From Octopus vulgaris (lineage: Eukaryota), in assembly GCA_951406725.2 (NCBI GenBank), contig OX597833.1, positions 19,530,001-19,594,000 on the forward strand: DNA of 64,000 bases, read 5' to 3'. The notes beneath the pieces are model-generated. The model had not been told where the DNA came from and made no database searches. It saw only the letters and a program-made list of their open reading frames with translations. Numbering within the stretch: the stretch's first letter is position 1; every line of letters begins with the position of its first letter. Shown one piece after another: positions 25,230 to 38,392 of the stretch. A program made the position numbers and the translations under genes.

Positions 25230-25510
25230 GTCGAATTGGATGTTGTGACTCTTGGTCACATGTTTCTATCATCCTCAATGCTCATTATTGCTACACCATT
25301 CGTCCTTTCTCTTGATCCGCATGTAATGGCTTGCTTTTTCGGTGGCTTCCAGCTATTTCCTAGCAACCTCTTTTCTTCTCCATCACAAGTGATTCAAGAC
25401 TCTTGAGCATCGAGTGAACCCTGGTCCCAACAAATCCCCTAATGCTTATCTCTACAGGAAAGCATATTGTCTCCCATCCATTGTAGTCACAGAGTTCAAC
25501 CAACTTCATG
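25230..25510 (-). mobile_element. Remnant of an RLE-type (HERO-like) non-LTR retrotransposon C-terminus
   Basis: LVELCDYNGWETICFPVEISIRGFVG resembles the restriction-like endonuclease GWxxxxxPVEVGxRGF motif, followed after a frameshift by EATEKASHYMRIKR. Confidence 0.5.
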
Positions 25511-25629
25511 AAGACAAAAATCTGTAATAGCGCCTTTACTATCAATTAGGTTATGAACTTCATTGCACCAACATTTTACCAAACTGGTTCCATTGTTATA
25601 GAGTTCTATGTGGTTCCTAAATTTTTAAA

Positions 25630-26031
25630 CTAGCGGTATTGCCCGGCGTTGCTCGGGTTTGTTTCAACTCTTTAGAATTGGAATTTTTGAAAAGTAAAAA
25701 TTTTGCATTATGTAGCTTGTTATTCTCTTTAAGTGAACATTTTTCTGGTTGAAATACACCGAAAAATGGCGACACAGCAGTCAAAAAATTGTAAAAAAAA
25801 TAGGGATGTTCATAGAAAAAAAGCACCTTTTTGATGTAAATAATTTTTGGCTTAACATGGTCCGATTTGAATTTTATCTTCTAGGGAATGAAGAGCAAGC
25901 CTTCTTCTATCATACTCTCAATTTTGGTCAACTTGCACTGCAGGGTCTCGGAGGAGATAGTGTTAGTTGAAGGCTACCACACTGCCACACAGACAACTTC
26001 AGCTTTATATATATATATATATAGAGAGAGA
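25630..26031 (-). mobile_element. Non-autonomous Helitron sharing its 3' end with the 11210 element but with a different interior
   Basis: On -: A|TC start, cccgagcaacgccggg hairpin, CTAG|T end. Confidence 0.78.
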
Positions 26032-27429
26032 TAAGGCAAAAACATTTTTTGCAAAGCTATTAAGTGCAGGTCAAACATGTTCTCTCTCTCCCTCTCTCTA
26101 CTAGCCTAAACACAGTCCTGGAGTGAGTACAGAGACTGCCTGTGTTACACCTGGTAATGAATGAATACACTTAATAAAGCACAAAGACAATGCAACTGCT
26201 GTATACATTAATATAAAAGCAAACAGATATCTTATTTCTTTACTACCCACAAGGGGCTAAACACAGAGGGGACAAACAAGGACAGACAAAGGGATTAAGT
26301 TGATTAGATCGACCATGGTGCATAACTGGTACTTAATTTATCGACCCTGAAAGGATGAAAGGCAAAGTCGACCTCGGCGGAATTTGAACTCAGAATGTAG
26401 CAGCAGACAAAATACCTATTTCTTTACTACCCACAAGGGGCTAAACATAGAGGGGACAAACAAGGACAGACAAAGGGATTAAGTCGATTAGATCGACCCC
26501 AGTGCATAACTGGTACTTAATTTATTGACCCTGAAAGGATGAAAGGCAAAGTCGACCTCGGCAGAATTTGAACTCAGAACATAACGGGAGACAAAATACC
26601 ACTAGGCATTTCGCCTAGCGAGCTAACATTTCTGCCAGCTTGCCACCTCACCGACAGATATCTGTCAGTTTTGACAATGACTGTTCAGTCATTCCATAAA
26701 CTGAAATTATCTGCTCACTGAATTAGCAAGTAAGGTGCAGCTGTGTGGTGAAGGAGCTTACTTGTCAACCATGTGGTCTTAGGATCAGTCCCACTGCACA
26801 GCACCTTGAATGACTGTCTTCTATTATAGCCCAGGGCCTACCAAAGACTTGAGAAAGGACTCAGTAGATGCAAACTAAAAGCCTGTCATATACATACATA
26901 CACTCACAAAAATATACATAATCCTGTCAGGTAAACCCAGAATTTACCCTTCAGATCAATTACAGTAGGATTGTTCCCCATAATTAATCCTAGGTGTTAC
27001 TTACAACTTGATGTGGTTAGCCTGAATCCAGATTATAACTGAGCGCTTGTACAATACAAACCTGCATAATTTGTCCCTGTATACACATTGTGTGTGTGTA
27101 ACAAGATCTCACTAAACTAGAAACCCTAAAATAAATATAACCCTAACTATAAGTAGAATCTTAATGAAGAACAATCATGCAACATCAATGTGTTATAATA
27201 CAAACAATTAAGCCACCACACACCAAGAAATACATATACATACATACATCGTAAAAAGCACCCACTACACTCACAGAGTGGTTGGCGTTAGGAAGGGCAT
27301 CCAGCCGTAGAAACACTGCCAGATCTGACTGGGCCTGATGAAGCCTTCCGGCTTCACAGACCCCAGTTGAACCGTCCAACCCATGCTAGCATGGAAAACG
27401 GACGCTAAATGATGATGATGATGATGATA

Positions 27430-28284
27430 TATATATAAAATATTAGAAAAAAACCACCTTTTCTCAATTCAAAATGAATAATTAAATTACACCATTTAGA
27501 AAATGTAATTTTCTAGATGGTGTAATTCAATTATTCATTTTGAATTGATAAAAGGTGGTTTTTTTCTAATATTTTTTATATATATATTATATTGTGTGGA
27601 ATTTGATTTAGTATTTCTAAATTGAATTCTTTTTCCTTGTAAGTTTGGATTTTATTCCCTCAAATATTAATTAAATATATATACAAATTGAGATAGGGGT
27701 TGCAAATTCAACCCTCCATGGGATAACATATATCCAATATACTGCTAGTGAAGTACCCAACAAAGTTAATACATAAATGTTAAGAATTGCGATGCAATTA
27801 ATTCATTTACTGTATTACATGGGCAAAGGTAAAATGTTTTACCATAAATTAATAATACAAAATTAGAAAATGGAGAAATACATCCAAATCATTAATCAAC
27901 TACCAGATAATACTCAATCACATACTTTATTGAACCACTACATAAGAACATTAAGGTTAAACATAAAAATATATAACAAAACAGCATACATGAATGAGTA
28001 ATACAATAGGTACAATCATTATAAGAGGATATAAATAAATAAATATAAATAGATATAAATATAAATATACACTATTATATTTATATCTATTTATATTTAT
28101 TTATTTATATCCTCTTATAATGATTGTACCTATTGTGTTGTATTACTCATTCATGTACGCTGTTTTGTTATATATTTTTATGTTTAACCTTAATGTTCTT
28201 ATGTAGTGGTTCAATAAAGTATGTGATTGGGTATTATCTGGTAGTTGATTAATGATTTGGATGTGTTTCTCCATTTTCTGATTT

Positions 28285-28334
<50 letters not shown>

Positions 28335-28643
28335 CAAATTAATAATAAAAGGGGAAAATTAATCAATTAAATTAATTAATTAATCAATCAATTAATTAAT
28401 AATTTTACCAAGTAGATCGGTATGTTAAAATAACCTTTATAGGTAAAATTATACAAATATTCTATAATTATAAACATAATTATAATTAGGTGTCGGCTAA
28501 TTGCTTCACCACATACCGAATTTAGAAATAGGAGTTAAAAATTCCTTTTCTACTACTGTTTTTCTCTTTGCCTATGTAAAAAAGTGTGTTACTGTTGTGG
28601 AGATTCTTACAGTAGTAAAAAAGGAATTTTTAACTCCTATTTC

Positions 28644-28650
<7 letters not shown>
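27430..28650. mobile_element. Cluster of three fold-back elements separated by (TA)n tracts
   Basis: Inverted arms at about 27430-27503/27508-27585, 27855-28064/28075-28289 and 28520-28559/28609-28648, each with a one-sided unique tail. Confidence 0.55.
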
Positions 28651-28693
<43 letters not shown>

Positions 28694-28859
28694 TACCTGT
28701 GCTAACATTTATTGGATGGCCGTTGACTCTCAAGAGGTCCTCCGCCCTTTGATGGGTTTTCTTTTTCATCCCGCAGGGTGTCCAATAAACACCCTCCTCA
28801 CCAAGCAAGATTGGTGGGGTTGCCGGTTTAGTCGCCAACAACCCGACCATGCAACAGGA

Positions 28860-29377
28860 TCCTGAGGACAGCTAATATCTTGAGTATTGAGGCGATGGTG
28901 CACAAGCACCGGTTGCATTGGACTGGACACCTTATTAGAATGGAGGATAGAAGGAGTCCTAAGCAGATGCTCTATGGAGAACTTGTGAATGGAAGGAGTC
29001 TCCGGCAGAAACCAAGGCTACGATTTAAGGACTGTGTCAAGTCCTCATTAAAGGCCTGTGATATGCAGGACACTGACTGGGCGAACAATGCCTGTCATCG
29101 CCACAGATGGAGGAAGCAGGGTAAGGAGGGGATCGACACTTTTGAGAGAACACGTATCCAGCATGAAGAACTTAAGCGAACTGCGCGAAAGCGCACAGCT
29201 CATATAGTGAATGGGGAAAGCTTGGTCTGCAATGTTTGCAGTCGTGTATGCTTGTCAAGAGCAGGGCTTATTAGCCACCAATGGAGCTGCAAATGCAAAA
29301 GATAAGTTTGTCCTAGAGCGCACAATGTTCCTGAAGGTCGGCAATGGTCTTCCTCAGTCACGAGTGGACGGCCATCA
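28860..29377 (+). mobile_element. RTE/BovB-like LINE 3' fragment with C-terminal zinc finger
   Basis: RLHWTGHLIRMEDRRSPKQMLYGEL...PRLRFKDCVK...CNVCSRVCLSRAGLISH. Confidence 0.82.
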
Positions 29378-31100
29378 TATATATATATGAATGGCAGTGC
29401 CCCGGCATGGCCACAGCTTGTGAGCTGAAACTAGATAAAATATAAAAATATATATATATCAAAATTGAACCAAATTCGATGACTGGCACCCATGGCAGTG
29501 GAGCGCTAACAGCTCCATCCGAGTGGGATCACTGCCAGAGCAGCTGTCTGGCTTCCATGCCGGTGGCACGTAAAAAGCACCATTTGAGCATGATCGTTAC
29601 CAGCATCGCCTTACTGGCACTTGTGCCAGTGGCACATGAACATAACATACGAGCGAGGTCGTTGCCAGTGCCACTGGACTGACTCCTGTGCAAGTGGCAT
29701 GTAAAAACACCATTTCGAGCATGACTGTTGCCAGTACTGCCAGACTGGCCCTTGTGCTGGTGGCACGTAAAAGCACCCACTACACTCACGGAGTGGTTGG
29801 CGTTAGGAAGGGCACCCAGCTGTAGAAACTCTGCCAGATCAGATTGGAGCCTGGCGCAGCCATCTGGTTTGCCAGTCCTCAGTCAAATCGTCCAACCCAT
29901 GCCAGCATGGAAAGCAGACGTTAAACAATGATGATGATGATGATATATGTATATATATATATATATATATGTGCACAGATGTGTGTGTGTACTCTTGTCA
30001 TTACATCATCATGCCATGATTGTAAATGAACATCACCATCATATAAGCAGTGTAGTTTGCTTCTAGTCTTGCATGAAAGAATGTCTGGTCATAGGGAAAT
30101 ATTACTTTATGTGGAAAAAGTTGAGGGTTGGCAACAGGAAGGACATCAAGTTGTAGAAAATCTGCTTCAACAAATGTCATCCGATCCATGCATGGAAAAG
30201 TGGACATTCAATGATGATAACGATGGCGACGTGGCTGAGTATTCCACAGACGTGTATACTCTTAATGAAATTCTCATGCATAACCAGCATGACAGTATGA
30301 GATAACAGCGGGCCTTTAAATAAACTTACAATCCATCGCACAGGTTTCTATACAAACCAGGAGCTAAACAGCAAACACGATAAGGAGACATCTTCACGAA
30401 CCAGTGGAAGAATTCCCAATATTACCAACAATAGTCAAAGAAAAGGTGGCGAGCTGGCAGAAACGTTAGCAAGCCAGGCGAAATGCTTTGTGGTATTTCG
30501 TCCCCCACTGCGTTCTGAGTTCAAATTCCACCGAGGTCGACTTTGCCTTTCATCCTTTCGGGGTCGATAAATTAAGTACCAGTTACGCACTGGGGTCGAT
30601 GTAATCGACTTAATCCCTTTGTCTGTCCTTGTTTGTCCCCTCTATGTTTAGCCCCTTGTGGGCAATAAAGAAATAAGAAAAGGGGGAAAAAAATACTTCA
30701 TAGATATTGACAAAAAATTCTCAAGTTAAAATTTATTCAAAACATCCAACATTATAAACATCAGAAACACTTTTTAGTTTCACCAAATAATCTTACATCA
30801 TATATACTCTTGTACATAAAAATTCACACAATAACCTTCTCTCTAGCTCACACACACACACACACACACAAATATACTGCCCGTTATAGTAATCTGGTTA
30901 CAGTGAAATAAATTGTTTATGAATATGATACTTCTCGCACAGCGAAAAGACAATGAATTCATTAAAAACCAATTGCAAAGCCCACTTAGTCTGTAGGAAA
31001 CAGCTTAATTGGAAGGATATAGGATAGGCTTGCTTCGGCACTGGTAAAACACTTCCAGGTAATGTCCATGAGTTCAGGCCTTCACATACACAATATAACA

Positions 31101-34100
31101 GACTCCGTGGCATGGGTGCCTGTCGTCGGATGAGGTTCGATATCGGCTTCGCTTGCCTCAACAGATCTTTGTGTGTCCAAGGGAAGAAAGGCATGCATAA
31201 GTGGGCTGGACTCACTTGTCCTGCCTGGTCTTCTCATGCACAGCATATTTCCAAAGGTCTTGGTCGTTGGTCATTTCCTCAGTGAGGCCTAAAGTTCGAA
31301 GGTCGTGCTTCAACACCTCGTCCCAGGTTTTCCTGGGTCTACCTCTTCCACGGGTTCCCTCAACTGCTAGGGATTGGCATTTTTTCACACACCTATCTTC
31401 ATCCATTCTCGCCACATGACCATACCAACGCAATCGTCTCTCTTGCACACCACAACTGATGCTTCTTAGGTCCAACATTTCTCTCAAGGTACTAACGCTC
31501 TGTCGAGTATGCACACTGACATTACACATCCATCGGAGCATACTGGCTTCATTCCTCGCGAGCTTACGTATGTCCTCAGCAGTCACGGCCCATGTTTCAC
31601 TGCCATGTAGCATGGCTGTTCATACACATGCATCATACAGTCTGCCTTTTACTCTGAGCGAGAGGCCTTTAGTCACCAGCAGAGGTAAGAGCTCCCTAAA
31701 CTTTGCCCAGGCTATTCTTACTCTAGCAGTTATACTTTCAACGCACCCACCCCCACTACTGACTTGGTCACCAAGATAACGGAAGCTATCAACTACTTCT
31801 AGTTTTTCCCCCTAGAAAGTGACGGAAGTTGTTTTCTGCAGATTTTCAGAGTTTATTGCTCCTGAGCATCTGCCACATACAAAAACTATCTTCCCAGTTA
31901 GCCTTCCTTTGACATTGCTGCACCTCTTATGTGTCCATAGCTTACACTGGGTACATCTTATAGAGTTTCTACCTACACCTTTTCTACAGATCGAGCAGGG
32001 CCATCTTCCTGAAGACATTTGTGGTTTGTCTACCTTCCTACTTATTAGTGCTTTGGTTTTAGCGAGGTTGACTCTAAGGCCCCTCGAATTTAAACCCTCC
32101 TTCCACACCTGGAACTTCTCCTCCAGTTCTGATAGTGACTCAGCAATTAGAGCAAGGTCGTCAGCATAGAGGAGCTCCCAGGGGCAACCTGTCTTGAATT
32201 CCTCCGTAATTGCCTGGAGGACTATGATAAATAGGAGGGGGCTGAGTACTGAACCCTGGTGGACCCCAACCTCTTTGAATTCTGTGTACATGTTACCAAC
32301 CCTAACCTTACTTACGGCATCCCTGTACATGGCTTGCACAGCCCTCACCAGCCATTCATCTATCCCTAGTTTCCTCATTGACCACCAGATAAGGGATCGG
32401 GGGACCCTGTCAAAGGCTTTCTCCATATCAACGAAAGCCAGGTACAGGGGCTTATCTTTGGTTAGGTATTTCTCCTGCAGCTGTCTCACCAGAAATATGG
32501 CATCAGTGGTGCTTTTCCCTGGCATGAAACCAAACTGCATCTCGTTCAAGTTGACTCTCTCCCTAATCAGTTGGGCTATGACCCTCTCTGTAACCTTCAT
32601 TACCTGATCCAACAGCTTGATACCTCTGTAATTATTTGTATCTAGGGCGTCTCCTTTACCTTTGTAGCAGTTGACTAGTATGCTGCTACACCAGTCATTG
32701 GGTATGACTCCTTCGTGTATCACCTGGTTAACTATACGGGTGACTAGGTTATAGCCGACACTACCAGATATTTTGAGCATCTCTGCAGTAATTCCTGATG
32801 GGCCTGGGGCTTTCCCTGTCTTCATGCTTCTAATTGCCTTAACTACCAAAGAATTGTCAACTCGGATGGACGGTTCCTTTGTTGGGTTGACATTCGGCAG
32901 ACTCTCTTTATCCCATTCATTTTCTCTATTCAGCAACCTTTCATAGTGGCATCTCCAAACCTCTCTCTTTGCATCCTCATTTAGTGCAAGTGAACCATCA
33001 TCCATGCGGACACATTTCTCTCCTACCACATCATGATTCTCTCTCACACACTGTCTTGCAACACGAAATACCTCAAGTCTTTCATCCTCACGGCGCAGAA
33101 CATTGGCAAATTTTTTCTTATCCGCTTCCCCTCTGGCTAAATATACCCGTCTCCTAGCTTCCCTTCTGGCTGTCTGATACAATTCCCTGCTACCACCGTT
33201 CTTCCAGTCCCTCCAAGCCTTTTTCCTTTGTCTAATAGCCCTGTCAACCACATTGTTCCACCACCACATTACTCTGGGTCGAGATGGGACTTTGCTCTAT
33301 CCACAGATCTGGTCAGTGGCTGTCAGCAGATTGTCTCGTAGAAATCTCCAGTTGTCTTCCACATTAAGTGAAGCTATATCCCCTTCTATTTCGTCAAAGG
33401 CTTCAAGTAGTATGTCTCTAAATCTCTGTCCATTTGCAGGATCTTTAAGCTTCCAGACCCTTCTCCTCCAAGCTGGTCTTCTTCTGGGCAACCATTTAGC
33501 TCTGATCCTGAAGTCGCTAACTACTAATCTATGTTGAGGAGTACATTCTTTGCCTGGAAAGGTTTTGGCATTTATAAGCAGCCCTCTTTCCCTCCTTCTG
33601 GCGAGGATGTAGTCAATCTGGCTAGTGTGTCTGCCAGAACGGTAGGTGACTAGGTGAGAGGTGGGTTTCCTGAAGTTGGTATTACAAACCATAAGGTCAT
33701 TTGCATCGCAGAACTCCAGCAGCCTGGTTCCCTCCTCATTTCGAGAGCCAAAACCACAGCCTCCATGAATGCCATGGAAGCCCCCGACATGCCGTCCAAC
33801 ATGTCCATTGAAATCACCTGCCACAAAGAGGTCACTGTCATTTGTCAACGAGGTAGTCCGCAATAGGGTGTCGTAGAATTGGTCTTTCTGTCCTTCTGGT
33901 AGCCCTGGTTGAGGGGCATATGCCGAGATGATGGTAGCTGACCTATGGTGAAGCACAATCTAATCTTAAGTACTCTGTCACTTACTCTACCTCGATTACT
34001 TTATCTACCCATTTCTCCGCAAGAAGTATACCCATGCCCCCAACCCCATCAGTGTTCCCTGCCCAGAAAATCTTGTACCTGTGTTCCTTGCCTGTGAGGA

Positions 34101-34265
34101 GCCTAGCGGAACCTCCTCTCCACCTTACTTCCTGGATGCAGCATAAATCCACACGTCTCCGTTCAAGCAGCTCAACAATCTCCCCAGACCTACCTTTCAA
34201 TGTGCCAACTCTGAGGGTGTGGGAGGTGTGGGCCTCTGAGACCCTGGGATGAGGGATAGCCGTGT
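31101..34265 (-). mobile_element. Near-full-length RTE-clade LINE (APE endonuclease + RT with inserted PHD-type finger), inactivated by a few stops and frameshifts
   Basis: APE motifs CIQEVRW, SAYAPQ, AGDFNGH, SQIDYI, PQHRLV. RT motifs GKAPGPSG, NYRGIKLL, QFGFMPG, FVDMEKAFD, GVHQGSVLSPLLF, LYADD. C-terminal RRLRWYGH, GRGRPRKTW. Stops at 31812 and about 31620; frameshifts near 33290 and 33960. Confidence 0.95.
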
Positions 34266-34939
34266 CATATAATCACATCCAATAGTGTTACACTGCTAAA
34301 CTCAGTGGGCATTTGAGCAATGAGTTCATGGATAGTTGATGGGTTGGATGTGATGCTGATGAAAGAGCAATAACTCTTGAAATATGCATAGACACTCATT
34401 ACTTTTTTTTATTTTCTATCTTTGATTGCATTGTTTACATAGAAAGTTTCCATTATATGAAATGTCATAACTTGCAGTTCTGGCTCTGAATTCAATAGAA
34501 AACCTATGGGGATAAATTTAAGGATATATATATATATATAGTGTCTGAACTGGATTAAAGTTAGTCATTATGGAGGAAGGATAAATTGAATCAATCTGCA
34601 ATGTTTTGGTACTTAGCTTACTGAACACCCACAGATGAAAGGGCTAACTCTATCTCAAATGGTATTTGAAGATAAAATATAAATGAACACAACTACAATT
34701 TCCACCAACTTGCTACCATAAAATGTGATATTTGTGTAAGTATGCATACGCGCGTGCATGTGTGTGTACTATCTTTACTACTTCTACAATTTAGCGTACT
34801 CGCGGAGTGGTTGGCGTTAGGAAGGGCATCCAGCTGTAGAAACACTGCCAGATCAGACTGGAGCCTGGTGCAGCCCCTGGCTTCCCAGACCCCGGTCAAA
34901 CCGTCCAATCCGTGCTAGCGCGGAAAACGGACGTTAAAC

Positions 34940-34973
<34 letters not shown>

Positions 34974-35109
34974 AAAGTTGGGATTCATCAATCAACTTCT
35001 TTCCATATTAAATATTATTAAAATTTTAATTCATGTATTTTGTCTTAATATTTAAATCAGTTTCGTTTTTCTTTAAAAAGTGTTTGTTATTATCCCTGAC
35101 TTTTAATGA

Positions 35110-35895
35110 AAATGACAAACCACAAGAGAAAGTGCAATGTGCATCCTGGTTCATAGAGAACATATCAGACACTCAGATGCAGTAGAAGAATGGAAAAGAA
35201 CCACCAACTTGTGTAAGCATCGGTGCCTGGCATAAAATGTTTATGGAAACTGTAAGTATCTTACAGAAAAGAGTGCCTGGGCAATCAAGAACATCCATAG
35301 ATGTTGAGCAAATTGGAGCAACATTCATCATAGCTCTGCTAAGTCCATTTGTACTGCAAGTGGACACTTAAGTTTACTATGATCAACAATTCACAAAATT
35401 TTGCACAAGATCTTGAGGTTTTATGCTTATAAAGTGTAATTTTTGCAAGCACTTCAGCCAGATGATGAACCCCCAAAGTAAAACAATTTCCAATAGATGT
35501 GTTTGCTCAATTAGAAGAGGAAGACGAAGGATTCTTTCAAAAGATCTGTTTCGGTGATGAAGCAAAATTTCACGTATCAGGAAAGATACATGAATAAGCA
35601 CAACATCAGGATCTGGGGTTTGGAAAACCCAAATGAAACAAAACAATTGGAGAGAAACAGCTCAAAAGTCAATGTTTGAGCTGTCAGGTGCAGCTTACTG
35701 TTTGATCAAGAGTTTGGCTCATTTCTTTTTGCAGAAGAAATGATTACTTGATTTTTACAAGAATTAATTGCATTACAGTTGCACCAATTGCAACCCACAA
35801 TTATTTCCAACAAGATGGTGCACCATCGCATTGAGGGTCAGAGTTTCTTAATGAAGCATTCTGAAACTGGTGGATTGGAAGAGGCGGTCCAGTTC
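35110..35895 (+). mobile_element. Decayed mariner-superfamily transposase (maT/DD37D-like)
   Basis: Broken frames give QEKVQCASWFIE..., HKMFMET, YAYKV, ICFGDEAKFH, IWGLENP, QQDGAPSH. Truncated by the RTE insertion that follows. Confidence 0.65.
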
Positions 35896-35899
35896 CCTG

Positions 35900-36905
35900 G
35901 TCACCAGATGCTGTAGTGAAGGTGGATGCTCAGAAAGTGTTACCACTAGAATAAGAATAGCCTGGGCAAAGTTCAGAAAGCTTCTACCCCTACTGGTGAC
36001 AAAGGGCCTCTTGCTCAGAGTGAAAGGTAGATTGTATGATGCATGTATGCGAACTGCCATGCTTCACAGCAGTGAAACATCGGCTGTGACTGCTGAAGAC
36101 ATGCGTAGGCTCGAAAGAAATGGATGTGTAATGTCAGTGTGCACACACGACAGAGTGTAAGCACCCTGAGAGAAATGTTAGACATAAGAAGAATCAGATG
36201 TGGTGTACAAGAGAGACATTTCATTGGTATGGTCATATACTGTGGATGTAAGAGGAGAGCTGTGTGAAGAAGTGCCACTCCCAAACAAAGGACGGAATCC
36301 GAGGTAGACATGGGATGAGGTATTGAAACATGACCTATGAACGTTGGGTCTCACAGAGGCAATGACAAAAGAGTAAGAACTCTGGAAGTATTGCTGTGAC
36401 TGAGAAGACCCAGCAAATAAATTGAGTCCACAGTTGTAACCTACACCAGTGTCGCATAACCAGCCCACTCAAAAGTACCTTGGATCGTAGGGCGACATGC
36501 TGTGCTTGAGGAGACCTATTGAGTCAAGTACATCAATATCAGCAATATCAAGATCAAATCAAATGGAAATTGTAGTTGTGAGCCCTGTACCAGTAGCATG
36601 TAAAAAGCACCATCCAAACGTGGCCGATGCCAGTGCCACCTTGACTGGCTTCCATGCCGGTGGCACATAAAAAAGCACCATCCGATCATGGTTGATACCT
36701 GCTCCTATGGCTCCTTGTGCCAGTGGCACGTAAAAAGCACCCAGCACACTCTGTAAAGTGGTTGGCATTAGGAAGGGCATCAAGCTGTAGAAACACTGCC
36801 ATATCAGATTGGGGCCTGGTGCCGCCTCCTGGCTTCCCAGACCCCAGTTGAACCGTCCAACTCATGCCAGCATGAAAAACGGACGTTAAATGATGATGAT
36901 GATGA
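35900..36905 (+). mobile_element. 5'-truncated RTE LINE: RT C-terminus, 3' UTR and (GAT)n tail
   Basis: GGCSESVTTRIRIAWAKFRKLLPLL...KGRLYDAC, homologous to 31212-31800, continuous with the minisatellite-containing 3' UTR. Confidence 0.88.
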
Positions 36906-37516
36906 TTTGTAGCAGATGATTCACTGCTTTGTTCCTTTGCAGCTTCCATATTTTTTTACTTCTCTCATTGTTTTGTGTCCAGTCAGGTACCTGAATGAAC
37001 ACAGAGATGTTTAAAAACTTGGCATAGCAACAGAATTAATCATTACCTTCAAATGAATTATATACTTACATATACATACGTAAGTATATTAATCACTGGC
37101 AAGGATACAGTATTTCATTTTACAACCATAATATACAACAAATTACATTAAAAGTTTATGAATCAATATTATGCCTTTTGTGTTAGCAGTGCAATGTTTT
37201 CATTTTTAAGTTTATCTCTACAGATTTTCCATACAATTCAGAGCCAGTACTGAAAGCCACGATTTTTCATATATGAATATGTTTATGTAAACAGTGCGAA
37301 CAAAAGTGGAACTCAAAGCAGATAAAGCTATAGGTAATAGCTTGTAATATTAGGTTAAAAAGCACCTTCGATTTTTTCCATCCCAGGGGCTTTTATTTCA
37401 ATCCAGTATTTAAACTATTGTTTATAGCTTTATCTACTTCGAGTTCCAGCAATAAAAAAAAAAAGCAATTTATTTCACTTCTCTCAAAGTTTCTGAATTC
37501 TTATGAAATCATACAT

Positions 37517-37583
<67 letters not shown>

Positions 37584-37749
37584 TACATAGAATGAGAGAC
37601 AGAAGAAAGGTATGTGTGTGTGTGTGTGTATATACATATATATACACACACACAAAGAATGAGTGGTGAAGTCTTCAATGAAGGAGAAATGCGGGGAAAT
37701 ATGAAATATCTGTGTATGAGTAGGTGATATTTTGGAAGAGGGGTCATTT

Positions 37750-37896
37750 TCATTCTACTAAAATTGGAGCTTTAATGGGAGTCAGGGGGTCGTGGTCAAC
37801 AGTCTGGTGGAGCAACAAACCCAGGACACCCACTCGATTCGACATGGCAATGCGAATGTTTCTTTCTTGTTCCATCAGCTCATCTAACTTCATCCA
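37750..37896 (-). CDS. CXXC1: CXXC1 terminal coding exon (WMKLDELMEQERNIRIAMSNRVGVLGLLLHQTVDHDPLTPIKAPILVE*)
   Basis: Acceptor ttctcttttcag, TGA at 37752-37750. KLDELxEQERNxRxAMxNR...LHQTxxHDPL is the CFP1 C-terminus. AATAAA candidates on - at 37469-37474 and 37392-37397. Confidence 0.94.
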   Translation of the reverse strand, partial: WMKLDELMEQERNIRIAMSNRVGVLGLLLHQTVDHDPLTPIKAPILVE

Positions 37897-38356
37897 CTGA
37901 AAAGAGAAAAAGAGAAGAATACATAAATACCCACACACATATTTGTACGTGCGCACACACACACACACACAATCTTATAGCTTCGTATCTTATACTTGTT
38001 TCAGTCACTGCCTGCACATGAGCCCCTAGCTTATTCTAGAGGTCTATATCAGCCGAACTGCTAAGTTACAGGAACATAAACAAACTAACACCTATTGTTA
38101 AACAGCGGAAGGCATACAAACATAGCACTAAGACACACACACAAACATATAAACATGTGTCTATACTGCCGCCGCCACCACCACCACCACCATCTTTTAA
38201 CATTCTCCTTCCATGCTGGCATGGGTTGGACTGTTTGACAGGGATTGGCCAGGCAGATGCCTGCACAAGATTTCTGTGTTTGCTTTGGCAGTTTTTATAG
38301 ATGGATGCCCTTCCTAACACCAACCACCCAGTAGTGTGTTTATATATGTATATACA

Positions 38357-38391
<35 letters not shown>

Positions 38392-38392
38392 T

